DNA from: a virus
Direction: 5' to 3' (one strand)
DNA length: 64,000 nucleotides
IMG/VR virus record: IMGVR_UViG_3300023179_000071
Span: 17,877-81,876 of that record
Each line of letters begins with the position of its first letter. Position 1 is the stretch's first letter. The notes under the pieces are model-generated. The model was not told the DNA's origin and did not search any database. It saw only the letters and a program-made list of their open reading frames with translations. Below are positions 49,501 through 59,220 of this stretch, in pieces. The position numbers and the translations under genes are program-made.

Positions 49501-50935
49501 CTATAACAAATCCATTGGATGGCTTTTCTTTATTTCCGCTACTAATAAGTTCTAATCTAGTTTTGCCTTCTGTAATTTTTGCACACCAGCCCTTCATATG
49601 ACAATTAATATAATCGTTATCATCTAATCCACCGCCGTGTCTACTGATTAATGGCACAAGCTTACGATTACCATTATTTGGTCCGTCCTCTGCTATCTCT
49701 TCATCAGACTTTCGTTTGAAAATAGTAAAGTTACTACATAGCCATATAATACGGTCAGAGCCGCTTGCTGTATCTGTGCTCTCTTTTGTTATACCGTCTC
49801 TATTTAGCTGCACAAATGCTACAATAGGGACTTTATATTTAGTAGCAAAGTTATGCAATGATGTCATCATAAAACCTAATACCTGATACTCTTTCATATC
49901 CTGAGATATGCCTGCGCTGTCCATAAGCTTCAAATAATCATAAAAAATTACACAGTCTTTAGCTGTGCCGTCTGGATTAAGTCCAACATCCTTAATAACC
50001 CATCTCCGCATTATAGCTAACTGTTCTTCGAATGATTTGCCAGCAATAGACTTATAAAATAATTTTGTTTGCTTGAGTTGCTCTACTGCTTCTGTAATCT
50101 TAGATTTTTTATCTATAGTTTGAGCAAATGCTCCTGTTTCTATATTATTGATTTCGATTTCTGTCATCATAGCTAAAACTCTATGCAAATGATCTTCTTT
50201 GGTCATTTCTGTATCCATATTTAATACAGGTATACTAAGCTTATTAGCTATATGAAATCCCATATTATCGGATAATAGAGTTTTACCAACCTTAGGTCTT
50301 GCCGCTATAACATTAACTGTGCTTTTTCTCAAACCTCCACCTATAGCTTGATCATAAATCTTAAATCCTGTCGAGATCCCGACCTGATCAACTTTATGTT
50401 CTTCTAGATATTTGATATATTCATCTAAATTCGTACCAATAGATTCTGGTCCGCTTTCGCTATCGTTAAGTTTATTTGTAAAATCAAATACGACATCTTC
50501 TGCTATTCCTAGTATTGATGTTATACTTTCTGATCCATTAACGTCTAGAATCTTATCCTGAGCTAGTTTAAGTTGTTTATGTAATAATCTAGCTATATCT
50601 AGCTTTCTGATTTTAGCAGCAAATTTTCTAATATTATCCAGACTAACCGGAAAATCCATTATTGCTTTAAGATGCTGTGCCTCTTCTTTTTTAGATAATA
50701 CATGAGCCAGGTCTAGTTCCTGAGCAGACGATATTATACAAGCGACATCTATATTTGTGGAGTGACCTTTCTCAAATAAATGTTTGAGGCATTTGTAAAT
50801 AATAATATTACTATCAATAGTAAAACATGTTTCTGATAATATATCAGCTACTTCGTAGAAAGCCTTATCAGAATACGAACAAATACCAGCCAATACGGCT
50901 CTTTCAGCCGCCGGATCACACAATATCATACTCAA
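49466..50935 (-). CDS. dnaB: Replicative DNA helicase
   Basis: AERAVLA, GISTGF, AARPKVGKT, TEM, DYLKL, QLNR. Confidence 0.95.
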   Translation of the reverse strand: MSMILCDPAAERAVLAGICSYSDKAFYEVADILSETCFTIDSNIIIYKCLKHLFEKGHSTNIDVACIISSAQELDLAHVLSKKEEAQHLKAIMDFPVSLDNIRKFAAKIRKLDIARLLHKQLKLAQDKILDVNGSESITSILGIAEDVVFDFTNKLNDSESGPESIGTNLDEYIKYLEEHKVDQVGISTGFKIYDQAIGGGLRKSTVNVIAARPKVGKTLLSDNMGFHIANKLSIPVLNMDTEMTKEDHLHRVLAMMTEIEINNIETGAFAQTIDKKSKITEAVEQLKQTKLFYKSIAGKSFEEQLAIMRRWVIKDVGLNPDGTAKDCVIFYDYLKLMDSAGISQDMKEYQVLGFMMTSLHNFATKYKVPIVAFVQLNRDGITKESTDTASGSDRIIWLCSNFTIFKRKSDEEIAEDGPNNGNRKLVPLISRHGGGLDDNDYINCHMKGWCAKITEGKTRLELISSGNKEKPSNGFVIDENNDEEISFV

Positions 50936-51366
50936 TTTATTATTTCCTTTGCTGTATCCGCAAGATTGGTTGCAAATTTCTTAAAAAAAGCATCTATATA
51001 TTCTTTGATTTCTTCTTGATTAGTTAATGGTACATGATATGTTTTGATAAAAATTTCATTGTGGTTGATGATCTCTCCAAGATTATTTTTTTCAAATGCT
51101 GCACAGTTAATATTAAAAACTAATTCTATAGGGGAATCTAATAGAGATCCTCTGTTCTGTATTTCATCATATTGATGGATAGACTCTGACTCTATTCTAT
51201 CGAGTATTTCTTCTGTAGATTCCTCTACAGGAGCTGCTCTGTAATGAATTTCCGAATCGTCTTCGGTAATATATTTTTTTTCTGCCTCTGTTATTTTAGT
51301 ATATAGCTTCATAAGAAGTGCTCGTTCTTCTTCGCTTAATGATTTAATCATTTCATCGTTGATCAT
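50932..51366 (-). CDS. Hypothetical acidic protein
   Basis: Coupled ORF. Confidence 0.6.
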   Translation of the reverse strand: MINDEMIKSLSEEERALLMKLYTKITEAEKKYITEDDSEIHYRAAPVEESTEEILDRIESESIHQYDEIQNRGSLLDSPIELVFNINCAAFEKNNLGEIINHNEIFIKTYHVPLTNQEEIKEYIDAFFKKFATNLADTAKEIIN

Positions 51367-51369
51367 ATT

Positions 51370-51768
51370 TCACCCGGCGTTAGTGGAACAGGTATTACAT
51401 TTATAGCGACCGCGACTTTCTGTGGCAAGCGATGCTGGTACAGTTTCTTTTTTTCCGCATACCCTGCATTGGACATTAACTAAATTAGCTTCTCTTTGTC
51501 TGACTGTGGGTGGATGCACATGTAATAGCTTATCTATTTCTATATCTTCTTTATGCATTTTTGCTTCTGGCATAGATAGAAATTTATTCACAAACTTTTT
51601 CTTATTTTGTTTCGCCTTTTTAGTTTTAATTACACTTTCCGCGATATCGTCCGAATCGTCACTATCGTCATTCTTAGATACCTTTTGATCCGCTGGCAAT
51701 AATGAACTAAGAAGAGTTATTAGAGCCTTAATCTGATCAGGATTTTTTGCTAATTCATTAAGATCCAT
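51370..51768 (-). CDS. Hypothetical protein with C-terminal zinc ribbon
   Basis: CRVC...CNTC; GAGGTG-like SD. Confidence 0.65.
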   Translation of the reverse strand: MDLNELAKNPDQIKALITLLSSLLPADQKVSKNDDSDDSDDIAESVIKTKKAKQNKKKFVNKFLSMPEAKMHKEDIEIDKLLHVHPPTVRQREANLVNVQCRVCGKKETVPASLATESRGRYKCNTCSTNAG

Positions 51769-52240
51769 GCTTCACCTTTGTTTTTTGCACTGATAATAGA
51801 ATATCTGATAAATTTTTTATATTTGTAGCCAAGTAGGATAATCTATCGCTTCTTTGTTTGGCGTATTTTTTTATCTTATTAAGGGCTGTGGCTTTTTCAT
51901 TATGCTTAATAGCCTGTAGAGATTTTTCTATATATCCATAACCTTTATAGTTATTTATATCATCAGCTATAGTTTCTTTAATAGATTCATCCGCCCAGTT
52001 ATATCTAGCTAGCTCTCTATTGATTGTACGCTGAATATGAAATGCGAATTGGCCTAATCTATAAGAAATTTGAGCACAATCTTCGGGTGTTAATTTTTCA
52101 ATATGATCTCTGTTCATAGCAAAATATAGATTAAGCTCTTCCTCTGGAATAATTTGAGCATTATATCTTCCAAGGCCAATAGATGACTCATATTCATCTA
52201 ATACCTTATCCCATTCATCGACTTGACTTTTTGTATTCAT
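51758..52240 (-). CDS. Helical protein, possible UvsY-like recombination mediator
   Basis: Size, coiled-coil character and position near recA; inference only. Confidence 0.35.
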   Translation of the reverse strand: MNTKSQVDEWDKVLDEYESSIGLGRYNAQIIPEEELNLYFAMNRDHIEKLTPEDCAQISYRLGQFAFHIQRTINRELARYNWADESIKETIADDINNYKGYGYIEKSLQAIKHNEKATALNKIKKYAKQRSDRLSYLATNIKNLSDILLSVQKTKVKHGS

Positions 52241-52644
52241 GCTTTTTTAATCCTGTCTATCCATTCCTCATCAGATTCGTTATATGGTAACGCAACGTAC
52301 TGTATCTCATTAAGTTTGCACCATTCAGCTTTTTCCCTATCTCTTCTCTGATGCTTTAAAAAACCAAGCTTACTATGATGGTAATGACCAATGAATTTAT
52401 AATGTTGTTCTCCGTGTGTTTCTATGCACATTTTTTTAAGAGGTAAATAAAAATCTAAATATAAAGTTTCTGATCGCCTAAGTGGTATAGAAATTTCTTC
52501 TAATATTTGTAAAGTGGGATATAGGTTTGATAATAAATATCTAGCTCTGAGATGTAGTGAGGATTTATTTTGTTGTTTAGCATGTGCTATATTCCCTACG
52601 AGAGCCCAATTATGTTCATTATTATCTAGGTCTATAACTAGCAT
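52237..52644 (-). CDS. Vsr/DUF559-type PD-(D/E)xK nuclease
   Basis: YLDFYLP..CIETHGEQHY..RDREKAEWC. Confidence 0.75.
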   Translation of the reverse strand: MLVIDLDNNEHNWALVGNIAHAKQQNKSSLHLRARYLLSNLYPTLQILEEISIPLRRSETLYLDFYLPLKKMCIETHGEQHYKFIGHYHHSKLGFLKHQRRDREKAEWCKLNEIQYVALPYNESDEEWIDRIKKA

Positions 52645-53654
52645 TTTATACCAATAGTATTTTTAACTTCCTGATAAAGTTCATCGTATACTTTTGGATT
52701 ATCTAAAAGATACTGACGCACTTTCTCTGTACCCTGTAATTTCTGTTTCTCTCCGCTCATGAAATCCAGAGTATACCACGCACCCCCCTTGTTGATCAAG
52801 CCCATATCACAAGCAAGTGTTATTATTTCCATATGTTTATCTATACCATAGCCGTATCTAATGTAGCTGGTAATATTACCACCAGGAGGCCCTAATGCCG
52901 AACATAGTACTTGCCATTCAACTTCTTGTCCTATTTGTGTTGCTTCTGTTCCAACAGTCCATGGTTTAAAAGACTTGGCCCTAAGCTTTATATCAGTTTG
53001 ATAAGCTATTGCTTGACCGCTCTTTTCCTTAAATTCTGCACCATAACCTGTTGGATTACCCATAAGGTGAGTAATGCCTATTACTATATTTCTATTTACA
53101 GGAATAACATTAGCAACCTTACGGCAAAATTTAGCTAATAATTTGGCACCATCAGCTCTTTGCATTTTATCCATATCGCTAGTGATCTCTGCTTCGGTAC
53201 ACAATGCCGAATAGGAATCTATAATAATAACTGATCCAGGTTCCTCATTGATAATTCTTTCTGCGATTTGTAGATATTCTTCAGCATGAAGAATTTTACC
53301 TTCTTGAGAGCCTATAACACTAAACCTAGTCAGATCTATATTAGGAATACCTTCTAGGTCTCTTTTCTTCAAACGTCCTTCAATATTCAGATAGTAAACA
53401 TTTCTTGGTTTTTTAAGGTCTCCCTGATATATTTCATTTTGTGCAGTAGCCGAGAACGTCAATGCTGATGTTGTTTTTCCGCATTTAGGCTGACCTGTGA
53501 AAACTACGAAGCTTCCTTCTGGTATGCCGCCACCCAATATCATATCAAGGGCAGGAGAAACTGGTATAACTATGGACTGCTTATCTACGATAGCGTTTCC
53601 CGATAAAATAACATTAGAACCAAAAGTTTTTAGTATATCTTCTTTAAGTGCCAT
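52638..53654 (-). CDS. recA: RecA/UvsX-like recombinase
   Basis: SPALDMILGGGIP, GQPKCGKTT, IIIDS, LINKGGAWY..QGTEK. Confidence 0.92.
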   Translation of the reverse strand: MALKEDILKTFGSNVILSGNAIVDKQSIVIPVSPALDMILGGGIPEGSFVVFTGQPKCGKTTSALTFSATAQNEIYQGDLKKPRNVYYLNIEGRLKKRDLEGIPNIDLTRFSVIGSQEGKILHAEEYLQIAERIINEEPGSVIIIDSYSALCTEAEITSDMDKMQRADGAKLLAKFCRKVANVIPVNRNIVIGITHLMGNPTGYGAEFKEKSGQAIAYQTDIKLRAKSFKPWTVGTEATQIGQEVEWQVLCSALGPPGGNITSYIRYGYGIDKHMEIITLACDMGLINKGGAWYTLDFMSGEKQKLQGTEKVRQYLLDNPKVYDELYQEVKNTIGIKC

Positions 53655-54066
53655 TATCTAAGTCCTTTAATTTGGAAATCAGCGATTGAGTGTTATTAAT
53701 TTGACGGTATGTATTTTTTTCTGATCTGTCCAATGGTTTGGATATTTCTGTATTCTCAGTTTGTAATTTAACATCTTCTTGTTCTATAATAGCCGTAAGG
53801 TGAGGAGCCCGCAGGGAATATATTTTTTCTGCTTTAGAGTTATTGAGTGCTCTTACTATGGCCTTAGGATTATATTTTTTCACTAATTTATTAGCTGTAG
53901 CAATCTGATTTCTGTAATAAGCTGACCATTTTTTAGTTAACCAAAATTTAGCGTGTAAGTCTTCTTTCGATAACTTTGCTTTCTTCTCGCATATCAATTC
54001 TGTAATATACTGTGCCGCTGAAACAGTTTTGCCATTAGAATACTTTGAGGGATATTTATTATTCAT
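53644..54066 (-). CDS. Hypothetical basic protein
   Basis: Coupled ORF. Confidence 0.6.
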   Translation of the reverse strand: MNNKYPSKYSNGKTVSAAQYITELICEKKAKLSKEDLHAKFWLTKKWSAYYRNQIATANKLVKKYNPKAIVRALNNSKAEKIYSLRAPHLTAIIEQEDVKLQTENTEISKPLDRSEKNTYRQINNTQSLISKLKDLDNGT

Positions 54067-54401
54067 TTGTTGTCATTAGGTCTAAAAATGCCTTTCATTT
54101 GTCTATTAGATACTAATTTAGATCTGGCAGCATCATGAACCTCAGATGCTTCTTTTGTCATGATAGACACGGATTTGGTGCCTTTCCCGGATGTTTGGTT
54201 TATCATGAGATTAGGATACTTCCCAACCTTCGATGTTGCAACAGGGACGCCTGCTTCTTGTCCTGTATTTGCCTGTTTCTCTAGAATACTAGACACTTGT
54301 TTTGCTGTAATATCTAATTCTTTTGCTATTTGATCTATAGATTGACCTTGACTATTAAGCCACTGAATAGCATATGTATTAGCCTTACTGAGTTTTGCCA
54401 T
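54063..54401 (-). CDS. HTH-domain protein
   Basis: GQSIDQIAKELDITAKQVSSIL. Confidence 0.65.
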   Translation of the reverse strand: MAKLSKANTYAIQWLNSQGQSIDQIAKELDITAKQVSSILEKQANTGQEAGVPVATSKVGKYPNLMINQTSGKGTKSVSIMTKEASEVHDAARSKLVSNRQMKGIFRPNDNK

Positions 54402-54403
54402 TA

Positions 54404-54787
54404 TCACATCTCTCTTTCTGTGTTATGAAGCCACGAAATATTTTTAGTATTGAGAAATTTTAAGTACATATTAAATGCATTCTGATTCACATTAATAAAT
54501 TTTGATGTTAATCTAGTTTGATCTTTGCCTCTATATGCTACTCTATCACCATAGACTGACACAGGATTATATGGTTTATATGTATAATCGACACGAATCA
54601 TAAATTTTTTTGTATCATCTTCTCTATGTAATACTTTAGCTAGTGTTTTTTCACTATTTTCCGTATTAGATCTGTAATTGTTATCTTCGTCTATAAAATC
54701 ATGATTATCAGAGAATGCATAGAATTTATTTTCGTCAATATTTTTTGTGTTTGGTTGCTGGAATATAAATGTATCTGTTTTTTTCAT
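54404..54787 (-). CDS. Hypothetical protein, tandem paralog A
   Basis: Similar along its length to the neighbouring gene. Confidence 0.65.
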   Translation of the reverse strand: MKKTDTFIFQQPNTKNIDENKFYAFSDNHDFIDEDNNYRSNTENSEKTLAKVLHREDDTKKFMIRVDYTYKPYNPVSVYGDRVAYRGKDQTRLTSKFINVNQNAFNMYLKFLNTKNISWLHNTEREM

Positions 54788-55182
54788 AATATATCTCTTT
54801 CTATATCTACTAACCATCTTGTATTTTTACTTTTTAGGAATTCTAAATATTTTTGAAATACAGCTTGATTAACCTCTAAAAATCTTGATGTATTTTTACA
54901 TACCTTATTTACAAACTTGTTGGATTCTGGAATAGCATTGTTTTTTATAGGATTAAATGGCCGATTAGATCCTTCTACACAAATATAAAATCTAAATTGA
55001 CTGTTAGCTCTAAAAGTTTTTGATAGTTTATTTCTTAAACATTTAGCATAGACTTTGGGTGACTCTGGATCTTTTGTTCTTGGAAAACCATCCTCATCTA
55101 GAAAATCATGCTCTCCATTTAAAGTATAATACTCACTTATGCCATCTATATTAGATATATTATGAATTGCGTTTTTTCTCAT
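54784..55182 (-). CDS. Hypothetical protein, tandem paralog B
   Basis: HDFLDED, PFNP, VNQ.VF..YLEFL..KN..WL...ER are shared with paralog A. Confidence 0.65.
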   Translation of the reverse strand: MRKNAIHNISNIDGISEYYTLNGEHDFLDEDGFPRTKDPESPKVYAKCLRNKLSKTFRANSQFRFYICVEGSNRPFNPIKNNAIPESNKFVNKVCKNTSRFLEVNQAVFQKYLEFLKSKNTRWLVDIERDIL

Positions 55183-55558
55183 TAATTTTTCTTCTATTTT
55201 TAGTAGGCTGGTCTGTCCATTTAGTCTTGACGCCTTTCTTTATTCTGGACATACCTGTTGGTAATTCTGTAGTGGAGTCAGACTGCTTGTATTGATTGTG
55301 TTTATGATATAGTGCTAATTTTTCATCATCTGATAATTTATCTCTATTTCTATTAGCTAGATCTCCTATGGTTCTAAGCTCCGAATCAGATTTTTTGACA
55401 CTAGCATTAATAGTCAATGCATCTTCTATATATAATCTAGAAGTGCATTTTTTCTGTTCACAAGATATACATTGTGGACATTCTTCATATTTTGAGTATG
55501 TAAAAAATAACTCAAATCTATGATTGCATTTATTACAAATATAAGAATATACAGGCAT
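55160..55558 (-). CDS. FmdB-family zinc-ribbon protein
   Basis: MPVYSYICNKCNHRFE...CPQC signature. Confidence 0.8.
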   Translation of the reverse strand: MPVYSYICNKCNHRFELFFTYSKYEECPQCISCEQKKCTSRLYIEDALTINASVKKSDSELRTIGDLANRNRDKLSDDEKLALYHKHNQYKQSDSTTELPTGMSRIKKGVKTKWTDQPTKNRRKINEKKRNS

Positions 55559-56139
55559 TACTGATAAGATCCTGGTATATAGTAGATCCACTCGTCGGGA
55601 ATATTATTCTTTATTCTAGAAAGATACGATACTATAGGCAAGTATTTTTCATTTTTTTTTGGCACAGTTGGAAAATTCTTAATAGGCATAGATGCTTGTG
55701 ATGGTGTTCTATTACCTTTTTTTCTATTGCATTTTGTACAAGCGGTTACTATGTTTGTCCAACAAGTTGGAGATGATCTGTCATCCAACCATGTTGATTT
55801 AGGTATTACATGGTCATATGTCAAATCGGCCAAGTCTTTTTTCTGTCCACAATATTGACATGTAAAGTTATCTCTGATGAATAAATTTTTTCTGGAGAAT
55901 TTAACCTGATGATTAAAAATTTTTAAATATCTTATAGTTTTAGCTACTGCTGGTATAGGATGTTTTTTATTATTAGTTCCTAAAATACAATCATCCTTAT
56001 AAAAATCCAATATTTCTATTCCTGTTCTAGGATTATAAAGATTCCGTGTTGATAGAATAATAGCTCTCTGCCAACCTATTACAGTTAGCAGAGAGTAGTC
56101 TGAATTTAGAATTAAACAGTGCTTATGCTCCGCGTCCAT
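55558..56139 (-). CDS. HNH endonuclease (McrA-like)
   Basis: LILNSDY, FSRKNLFIRDNFTCQYCG, TYDHVIP, WTNIVTACTKCNRKKG. Confidence 0.92.
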   Translation of the reverse strand: MDAEHKHCLILNSDYSLLTVIGWQRAIILSTRNLYNPRTGIEILDFYKDDCILGTNNKKHPIPAVAKTIRYLKIFNHQVKFSRKNLFIRDNFTCQYCGQKKDLADLTYDHVIPKSTWLDDRSSPTCWTNIVTACTKCNRKKGNRTPSQASMPIKNFPTVPKKNEKYLPIVSYLSRIKNNIPDEWIYYIPGSYQ

Positions 56140-56863
56140 GATTCTCTATATTATCTAGTCTCAATAAGATCTTTTCTATAATTGGATTTCTAACAATATC
56201 GCTATAATCTAATTGAGCAATACCAACGCCGTCTATGTTATCTAATGCATTCGTTATTGTGGCAAATCCACCACGAGCATTTTTGATAAGATCAGATTGT
56301 GTTGTATCGCCAGTTAGCACCATTTTACTGCCTAATCCGATACGTGTGATTAACATTTTTAATTGATCATATGAAGCATTCTGACACTCATCTGCAACAA
56401 TAAAGGTATTATGAAAGTTGCGTCCTCTCATCAAACCGAGAGGTACTACTTCTATACGATTATTGGTTTTATGAGCATTGTACTCTCCTGATGATATAAA
56501 ATAGTTTATTTCATCTAATATGGGCAATAAATATGGATGTAATTTCTCTTCTGCTGTACCAGGAAGATATCCAATTTTTTCTCCAGATTCTACAACAGGT
56601 CTAGTAATAACTATTTTTTGTACTTTTTCGTCTGTTAAGTATTCCAGAGCCATACCTATAGCAATATGTGTTTTACCGCTGCCTGCTACACCATGACATA
56701 AAGTAATACTATTTTCTGCTATAGTTCTAATATATTCTTGTTGATTTTTACTTCTTGGCTTTAATCTATTTCTAAAACCATAAGCATTATTATTGGGGAT
56801 CTCAATAGGATTAGTTAAATCTATAGCATTCTTACGTTTTTTAGTGTTTTTATTTTTTCTCAA
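56123..56863 (-). CDS. phoH: PhoH-family ATPase
   Basis: GVAGSGKT, ITRP, GYLPG, MRGR, DECQN, TGD..QSD, DIVR. Confidence 0.95.
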   Translation of the reverse strand: MRKNKNTKKRKNAIDLTNPIEIPNNNAYGFRNRLKPRSKNQQEYIRTIAENSITLCHGVAGSGKTHIAIGMALEYLTDEKVQKIVITRPVVESGEKIGYLPGTAEEKLHPYLLPILDEINYFISSGEYNAHKTNNRIEVVPLGLMRGRNFHNTFIVADECQNASYDQLKMLITRIGLGSKMVLTGDTTQSDLIKNARGGFATITNALDNIDGVGIAQLDYSDIVRNPIIEKILLRLDNIENHGRGA

Positions 56864-56887
56864 TGTGTTACCCCTAGGAAGAAGAAA

Positions 56888-59080
56888 TTAAATTAGACAT
56901 GCGCCACCAGCACAACTAATTTCCTCAATTCCTAGTGTATTGTCCTCTGTTTCTAATAGTTGTGTATAGTCAACCTTATTGAAACTATTAAATAAATCGC
57001 AATATATCTTCCAATTATAAACATCTTTCATACAATATGTTAATCTCTTAACATCGCTATCAAAATATTTACCAGCAAAGTTTTTCATTTTTGTGATAAA
57101 TTTTAATTTACTATCATCATCACCATCCTTAGCTTGATTCATACTAACATAGTCACATGCGGCCCATAGATTATTATTAAATGCATTTAAGCCCAACTCT
57201 ATTAGGCCAGAGCACCATAATGCAGCATCGCCATACTCCTTAACAATCTCTCTACTAGTATATACTGTAGTAAAAGGAGCTTGTGGATAATCTTTATCTC
57301 CACTTTGAGGAATAAGGCTGATCCCTGCAAAATATTTACGATTACTATATATGTATTTTGTAACATCTTCCCACTCATCAGGTTTGACAGTTACGGTATT
57401 ACTAACATTATGACTAAGATATTGTTGAGTACATAATGATCTGTTCTTACCCGAATATACCCAATTTTTCTGAGTATCTTTAACTATAGCTAGCATTTCT
57501 ATAGCAGGCAATTGGTTTTTTAATTTGGCACCATCGGGAACCTCTATAGGAAATTTAATTACCTCATCAGTATTGTTCGCTGACCATGATGATCGTTCGC
57601 AAGCCTGTGGATTCATTTTCTTAAAGTACTGATATGGGGCTTCTAGAATATTAGCCTGAACATGCCTTATATACCGTTTAGCATGATGAGGATGTATACC
57701 GGAACTTGTTCCTAACATACTAGATGAAGTACCTTCTGGTTTTAAGCAAGTGACTCTTGCAGCTTGATTAATTTTTATCTTATCGGCAAATTCTTTATTG
57801 GTTTCTACAGCTATTTTAGCTCCATTTTTCAGAACCTTCTCTGTTAATACAAGATCATGTTTTTCCATGATACCAGTAAGAGACACTCCAAGTAATGCTT
57901 CTCTCTCAAAAATTTTCTTGCTAATATCTCCTAGATAATCTAGATCTGTAAATCCAGCCTGTAATGTGCCTATAATTGCTGCTGCTTTGCATCTTTCATA
58001 AAAATCCTCTTCATCTGTAACAGACGAGCAATTAATTGTTGATAGATTACATCCTTGCCATCCGCTCTTACCGCTTTCTTCATCAACAGGCCACATACCT
58101 ACTTCCACACAGGGATTGAATGTCATCTCTGTCGAATCACTCCATATAAATCCAGGTTCTCCAAATTCTTTTACGCTTTCCATCAACTTATTAAATTCTT
58201 CAAATGTGGTTTCTTCTTTTAGTAGTAATGCTGAATTATTACTTCGTGCTCTTTGTGGATTTTCTAAATACCAATTGCCGGTTTTAGCCTTTGCCATTTC
58301 TTCGTCATCAGCACTAAATAGTGCTAGCGATGCACTTCTACGAACACCACCAGACAACACAGCATCGCTACTAAACATAACAATATCATAAGCATCAATT
58401 GGTCTTAATCTTTTCTGACCATTAGCTATGCATCGGTCTAGAAGCGCTCTTATTTTTTCTAATCCATTTTGAAGAGGCTCAAATCCTGGGGCTTTGCCAA
58501 CACCAGAACTGAGTGATGATCCCTTTGCTCTAATATTAGAATAATCGAAAACAACATATGTATTTTTAAATTGCTTGAATTCATCTACTGGTTTGCTAAA
58601 ATATGAACTAAGTAAAACTCCTAATGCGTCTGCCCAGCCTTCGATACTATCATCAATATAGTATTTTGATCCTTCTCCATCTGGTGGATTATGTTCTAAA
58701 GTTGGTAATTTAGATACATGGTGTTTCTGTACGCTAAATCCAGTACCACTACCGCATAATAGTAACCAAAAACACTCTTGGAAAAAACGTAATCTATCAC
58801 AATATGAGCTAGTGCAATTATAGATTTTTGCATGTCTTTTGAGAATTGGTTCTCCACCAAATTGAAGTGCTCTTTGGCTTCCTAATACTTTCTTTTTATA
58901 CATTATATCATAGGCCCAATCAATATCATTAGAAACTCCGAGACTGTCATAACGCGTATGCATCATATTTCTAACTCTATCAACGGCCTCTTTCCATGTT
59001 TCTCTGCGATTTTTATCTTCTAACCAACGAGCATACTTACTAACAAAGGTATAATTCTGTAATTCTTGCAGAGCAGACAT
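56888..59080 (-). CDS. nrdJ: Class II (adenosylcobalamin-dependent, monomeric RTPR-type) ribonucleotide reductase
   Basis: YNC, GTGFS, GGVRRSA, RARSNNS, GEPG, NPCVE, CNL, KPEGT, C-terminal CAGGAC; AGGAG SD. Confidence 0.9.
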   Translation of the reverse strand: MSALQELQNYTFVSKYARWLEDKNRRETWKEAVDRVRNMMHTRYDSLGVSNDIDWAYDIMYKKKVLGSQRALQFGGEPILKRHAKIYNCTSSYCDRLRFFQECFWLLLCGSGTGFSVQKHHVSKLPTLEHNPPDGEGSKYYIDDSIEGWADALGVLLSSYFSKPVDEFKQFKNTYVVFDYSNIRAKGSSLSSGVGKAPGFEPLQNGLEKIRALLDRCIANGQKRLRPIDAYDIVMFSSDAVLSGGVRRSASLALFSADDEEMAKAKTGNWYLENPQRARSNNSALLLKEETTFEEFNKLMESVKEFGEPGFIWSDSTEMTFNPCVEVGMWPVDEESGKSGWQGCNLSTINCSSVTDEEDFYERCKAAAIIGTLQAGFTDLDYLGDISKKIFEREALLGVSLTGIMEKHDLVLTEKVLKNGAKIAVETNKEFADKIKINQAARVTCLKPEGTSSSMLGTSSGIHPHHAKRYIRHVQANILEAPYQYFKKMNPQACERSSWSANNTDEVIKFPIEVPDGAKLKNQLPAIEMLAIVKDTQKNWVYSGKNRSLCTQQYLSHNVSNTVTVKPDEWEDVTKYIYSNRKYFAGISLIPQSGDKDYPQAPFTTVYTSREIVKEYGDAALWCSGLIELGLNAFNNNLWAACDYVSMNQAKDGDDDSKLKFITKMKNFAGKYFDSDVKRLTYCMKDVYNWKIYCDLFNSFNKVDYTQLLETEDNTLGIEEISCAGGACLI

Positions 59081-59220
59081 ATTTTCTCCTTGGATTATTT
59101 ATGCAATGACGTGCTGATGATCACTATTTAAAAACTCATCAGCTATAAAAAGAGATGTGTACATTTCTTGTATTGATAATTAATGTGTATCAATTGTTTC
59201 TTGTATTCTATTATACACCA
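59081..59220 (-). promoter_or_regulatory. Structured leader of nrdJ (inverted repeats, 11-bp direct repeat, GGTGTATAATAG motif)
   Basis: GCTGATGA/TCATCAGC, ATTGATA/TATCAAT, and TTTCTTGTATT at 59164 and 59197. Confidence 0.45.

Noticed and set aside
39283-58391. Short + strand ORFs within the minus-strand arm (e.g. 39283-39663, 42497-42823, 58116-58391)
   Set aside because: Antisense to well-conserved genes, with no RBS or motifs.
59081-59210. Cobalamin riboswitch or NrdR box upstream of nrdJ
   Set aside because: Too AT-rich and short, and lacks the GGGAA/GCCACTG B12 elements; no convincing NrdR palindrome.
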